Origin: an uncultured Holophagales bacterium
GTDB lineage: Bacteria; Acidobacteriota; Thermoanaerobaculia; Multivoradales; UBA5704
Reading direction: 5' to 3'
Assembly: GCA_963842525.1 (NCBI GenBank)
Contig: CAWJGT010000009.1
Location: forward strand, 224,001-288,000
DNA length: 64,000 nt
Positions 60,814 to 64,000 of the stretch are shown here, piece by piece. Every line of letters starts with the position of its first letter. The stretch's first letter is position 1. Under the pieces are notes generated by a model. The model was not told where the DNA came from. It saw nothing but the letters and a program-made list of their open reading frames with translations, and ran no database searches. The position numbers and the translations under genes are program-made.

Positions 60814-60829
60814 CGCCCTCATAGGATAG
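60814..60829 (+). repeat. 16-bp direct repeat, right copy (contains a TAGGAT -10 of tdh)
   Basis: Identical to 56748-56763. Confidence 0.9.
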
Positions 60830-60836
60830 CGGCGCC

Positions 60837-61802
60837 ATGAATGAACGCATCCTTGTCACAGGAGCCCTTGGACAGATCGGGTCCGAGCTGGTCGCGGCCC
60901 TTCGGCAGCGCTACGGTGCCGAGCAGGTCGTGGCCTCGGACGTGCGGATGCCACCGGCCGTGCGGTGGAAGCCCGAGGACGGTCCCTTCGAGTTCGTCGA
61001 CTGCACCAACCAGCGGCAGATCCAGGAGGCGGTGCGCCACTATGGCGTCCGCACCATCTACCACATGGCAGCGCTCCTCTCGGCGGTGGCCGAGGAGCGG
61101 CCGCAGGTGGCATGGGACGTCAACATGGGGGGGCTCTACCGTGTTCTGGAGGTGGCACGCCAGACGCGCTGCGCCGTCTTCTTCCCCAGCTCGATTGGCG
61201 CCTTCGGCCCCACGACTCCGCCCGACCACACACCCCAGGACACCATCCAGCGCCCGACGACCATGTATGGCGTCACCAAAGTGACGGGTGAGTTGTTGTG
61301 CGATTACTATCATTTGCGCTTCGGCGTCGACACCCGGGGTCTGCGCTTCCCGGGCCTGATCTCCCACGGCGTGCCTCCCGGCGGTGGCACCACCGACTAT
61401 GCCGTCGAGATCTTCTACGAGGCCATCCGCCACCGCCACTACACCTGCTTCCTGCGCCGCAACACCCGTCTCGACATGATGTACATGCCCGACGCCGTCA
61501 AGGCCCTGGTCGATCTGATGGAGGCCGATCCGGACCGCCTGAAGCATCGCAATGCCTTCAACGTGACGGCGATGAACTTCACACCCGAAGAGCTCGCCGC
61601 CGAGATCCGCAAGCACATCCCGGACTTCGTGCTCGACTACCGCGTCGATCCGGTGCGGCAGGCGATCGCGGACTCCTGGCCCGACAGCCTCGACGACTCG
61701 GCGGCCCGCGAGGAGTGGGGCTGGAACCCGGCCTACGACCTCGCCGCCATGACCCGCGACATGCTGGAGAACCTGAGTCGGAAGCTCACGGTCGAAGCCT
61801 AG
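60837..61802 (+). CDS. tdh: L-threonine 3-dehydrogenase (SDR type)
   Basis: GALGQIG, LLSA, PSSIG, YGVTK, GGGTTDY; adjacent to kbl. Confidence 0.9.
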   Translation: MNERILVTGALGQIGSELVAALRQRYGAEQVVASDVRMPPAVRWKPEDGPFEFVDCTNQRQIQEAVRHYGVRTIYHMAALLSAVAEERPQVAWDVNMGGLYRVLEVARQTRCAVFFPSSIGAFGPTTPPDHTPQDTIQRPTTMYGVTKVTGELLCDYYHLRFGVDTRGLRFPGLISHGVPPGGGTTDYAVEIFYEAIRHRHYTCFLRRNTRLDMMYMPDAVKALVDLMEADPDRLKHRNAFNVTAMNFTPEELAAEIRKHIPDFVLDYRVDPVRQAIADSWPDSLDDSAAREEWGWNPAYDLAAMTRDMLENLSRKLTVEA

Positions 61803-61834
61803 ACCGGTCGACCTTTTCACGGAGAACCGCCGCG

Positions 61835-63070
61835 ATGCCGATCGATCGCCTCACCACCGCCCTGGCCGCCGATCTCGACGACCGCCGCAGCCGCGGCATC
61901 CTCAAGGGGGACGAGGCGGTCATCACCCGGGTCCTGTCCGCGAGCGGCGAGCATGGGCCCCGCTATCTGCTGGAGGGGCAAGGCGACAAGCCCTTCCTCA
62001 AGATGAACTCGAACGGCTACCTCGGCATGGCCCTGCGACTCGAGGTGATCGAGGCGGAGGAGGAAGCCTGCCGCGCCTTCGGCACCGGTCCGGGTGCGGT
62101 GCGTTTCATCAGCGGCACCTACAGCACCCACATCGAGCTCGAGCGGCGCCTGGCCGCCTTCCACGGCCGTGAGGCGGCGATGCTGTTCAGCTCCGCCTAT
62201 GCCACCGTGGTCGGCATTCTGGTCCCTCTCATCACCGCCGAAACGGCGTTGGTCTCCGACGAGCTGAACCACAACTGCATCATCAATGCCATGCGCCTCG
62301 CCCGGCCCAAGGAGAAGTACATCTACAAGCACGTCGACATGGGCGATCTGGACGCCAAGCTGGCGCAGGCGGCCGAGTCCGGTGCCCGCCGGGCCATTGT
62401 GGTGACCGACGGCATCTTCTCCATGCGGGGTGCCCATGCCCCCATGCCGAAGATCGTGGAGATCGCCCGCCGCTACGACGACCGTTTTCCCGAGAACGTC
62501 CTGGTGATCATGGATGACTCGCACGGCGTCGGCGCTGTCGGGCGCACCGGCCGCGGTACCGAGGAGCTCACGGGCGCTTCGGGGATCGACCTCCTGGTGG
62601 CCACCCTCGGCAAGGCGCTGGGGGTCAACGGCGGCTATGTGGCCACCAGCCGTCTGATCGTCGAGTTCCTGCGCGAGTCTTCGCCGTTCTACATCTATTC
62701 GAACCCGATAACTCCGGCCGAGGCAGCAGCGGCCACGAAGGCGCTGGAAGTCCTCGACAGCCCGCAGGGCCGCGAGATCCTCGACCACCAGCGGGCCATG
62801 ACCTCGCGCTTCCGGCAGGGTCTGATCGATCTGGGCTTCGAGACCCTCCAGGGCGAGCACCCGGTGGTGCCCCTCTTCGTGCGCGACACGCCGAAGACCG
62901 CCGCCCTGGTCCGCCACCTCAAGGAGAACGGCATTCTCGCCACCGGCCTCAACTTCCCCGTCGTGCCCAAGGGAGACGAGTCCATCCGTTTCCAGGTCTC
63001 GGCCGACCATACGGCGGCGGATATCGACTTCGTGCTGCGGACGCTCGCGGAGTTCCCGGGGCGGGGGTAG
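61835..63070 (+). CDS. kbl: Glycine C-acetyltransferase (2-amino-3-ketobutyrate CoA ligase)
   Basis: N.YLG, VRFISGT, SDELNH, DDSH, TLGKA. Confidence 0.9.
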   Translation: MPIDRLTTALAADLDDRRSRGILKGDEAVITRVLSASGEHGPRYLLEGQGDKPFLKMNSNGYLGMALRLEVIEAEEEACRAFGTGPGAVRFISGTYSTHIELERRLAAFHGREAAMLFSSAYATVVGILVPLITAETALVSDELNHNCIINAMRLARPKEKYIYKHVDMGDLDAKLAQAAESGARRAIVVTDGIFSMRGAHAPMPKIVEIARRYDDRFPENVLVIMDDSHGVGAVGRTGRGTEELTGASGIDLLVATLGKALGVNGGYVATSRLIVEFLRESSPFYIYSNPITPAEAAAATKALEVLDSPQGREILDHQRAMTSRFRQGLIDLGFETLQGEHPVVPLFVRDTPKTAALVRHLKENGILATGLNFPVVPKGDESIRFQVSADHTAADIDFVLRTLAEFPGRG

Positions 63071-63111
63071 GTCTCGTGGACCCGAAAGGGACCACGCTAT
63101 GCTCTCGCCGG

Positions 63112-63585
63112 ATGAGCGAGAGGCGTCAGCCCAACCTGTATGTCCTGGCCGGCCCGAACGGCGCCGGCAAGAGCACCTTCGCGCGCCTCTTCCTGCCGGA
63201 CTATGCGGACTGCAAGGAGCTCGTCAACGCGGACCTGATCGCTGCCGGCCTGTCTCCGTTCAACCCGGAGAGCCTGGCCCTCCAGGCGGGCCGGCTCATG
63301 CTGGAACGGATCGAGGCTCTCGCGAAGGCGGGAGAGGATTTCGGCTTCGAGACGACCCTGGCGGGGCGGAGCTGGCTGCCTCTCCTGCATCGCCTGCGGC
63401 GGCTCGGTTATCGCCTGCACCTCTTCTTTCTCTGGCTTCCGACTCCGGAGCTGGCAATCGACCGCGTGCAGGAGAGGGTACGGTCCGGCGGCCATTCGAT
63501 CCCCGACGAGGTCGTCCGCCGGCGCTTCGGCCGCGGGCTTCCGGATCTCCTCCAGAGGATCGAAAGAGAGGGGAAGGGAGGATGA
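63112..63585 (+). CDS. Zeta-toxin-like P-loop ATPase, C-terminus apparently shortened
   Basis: AGPNGAGKST, VNAD.IA, FETTL, RV..GGH.IP. Confidence 0.8.
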   Translation: MSERRQPNLYVLAGPNGAGKSTFARLFLPDYADCKELVNADLIAAGLSPFNPESLALQAGRLMLERIEALAKAGEDFGFETTLAGRSWLPLLHRLRRLGYRLHLFFLWLPTPELAIDRVQERVRSGGHSIPDEVVRRRFGRGLPDLLQRIEREGKGG

Positions 63586-63794
63586 CAGAGGACATCGAGA
63601 TCGGCGAGAAGGATCTGCCTCTCTGGGTCGCCAAAGCCCGGCGTGCCATCAAGGAGGCGGCGCAGGCCGCCGCCGCCGAGCACTGGCGGGCCGGGCGGCC
63701 GGTCTACATCTGGCGGGACGAGCAGGTGATGGCGCTGTATGGGGATGGAACCTGCATCCCGGCGGAAGAGGCAAAACGGAGAGAGGGCCGATGA
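63582..63794 (+). CDS. Small partner protein of the zeta-like ATPase
   Basis: GGAGG RBS, ATGA overlap; G.PVYIWRD.QV motif. Confidence 0.7.
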   Translation: MTEDIEIGEKDLPLWVAKARRAIKEAAQAAAAEHWRAGRPVYIWRDEQVMALYGDGTCIPAEEAKRREGR

Positions 63795-64000
63795 GCCTTC
63801 CTAGCGAGGTCCTCCGGCTGCTGAGTTGCCCGGCTTGTGGAGGGCAGCTCTCCGATGCCGAGTCCGGGCTGGCCTGCCTGGGGCCCTCCAGACACATCTT
63901 TCCGCTCGAAGACGGCTTCCTCACCTTCGCCAAGCCGCCTGTGGGCAAGTACGATCCCGCCTATGCGGCGCGGTACGCGGCTCTCTGGGCCTTCGGATAC
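63791..64000 (+). CDS. 5' part of a probable methyltransferase with N-terminal Zn-ribbon (runs off the window)
   Basis: LSCPACGGQL..C..H.FPLEDG. Confidence 0.6.
   Translation, partial: MSLPSEVLRLLSCPACGGQLSDAESGLACLGPSRHIFPLEDGFLTFAKPPVGKYDPAYAARYAALWAFGY

Overview
This is a GC-rich bacterial chromosome segment. Gene content and repeat families suggest Acidobacteriota, possibly Thermoanaerobaculia (inference only). The housekeeping backbone includes cstA, an NhaC-type transporter, a DAACS symporter, a TonB-ExbB-ExbD2 cluster, psuG, an NtrC-type two-component operon, tRNA-Ala(CGC), modE-porin-modABC, a beta-CASP RNase, a Ser/Thr kinase with an M16 peptidase pair, DPP-IV, ETF-QO and tdh-kbl. 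It is interspersed with about 7 toxin-antitoxin modules or remnants, several REP-like hairpin families and fragments of defence genes. Most notable: (1) an IS1111-type IS110 element inserted in a repeated 21-bp motif, whose right-end RNA appears to carry two target-binding loops and a donor loop, with a 316-bp tandem duplication whose junction matches the donor guides; (2) an unassigned, heavily base-paired RNA of about 300-600 nt at 40.6-41.2 kb with a 20-bp closing inverted repeat; (3) a GAF-GAF histidine kinase / receiver / SIR2 operon bounded by a 16-bp direct repeat, a candidate defence system; (4) a TIR-like/RES gene cassette whose attC is interrupted on the top strand by an ORF-less group IIC intron; (5) two non-coding arrays with 20-21-bp periodicity; (6) an orphan RiPP-like precursor next to a 10-Cys secreted peptide. 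Several single-base frameshifts in ordinary genes suggest long-read indel errors. All family calls come from motif recognition by eye; no database searches were run.
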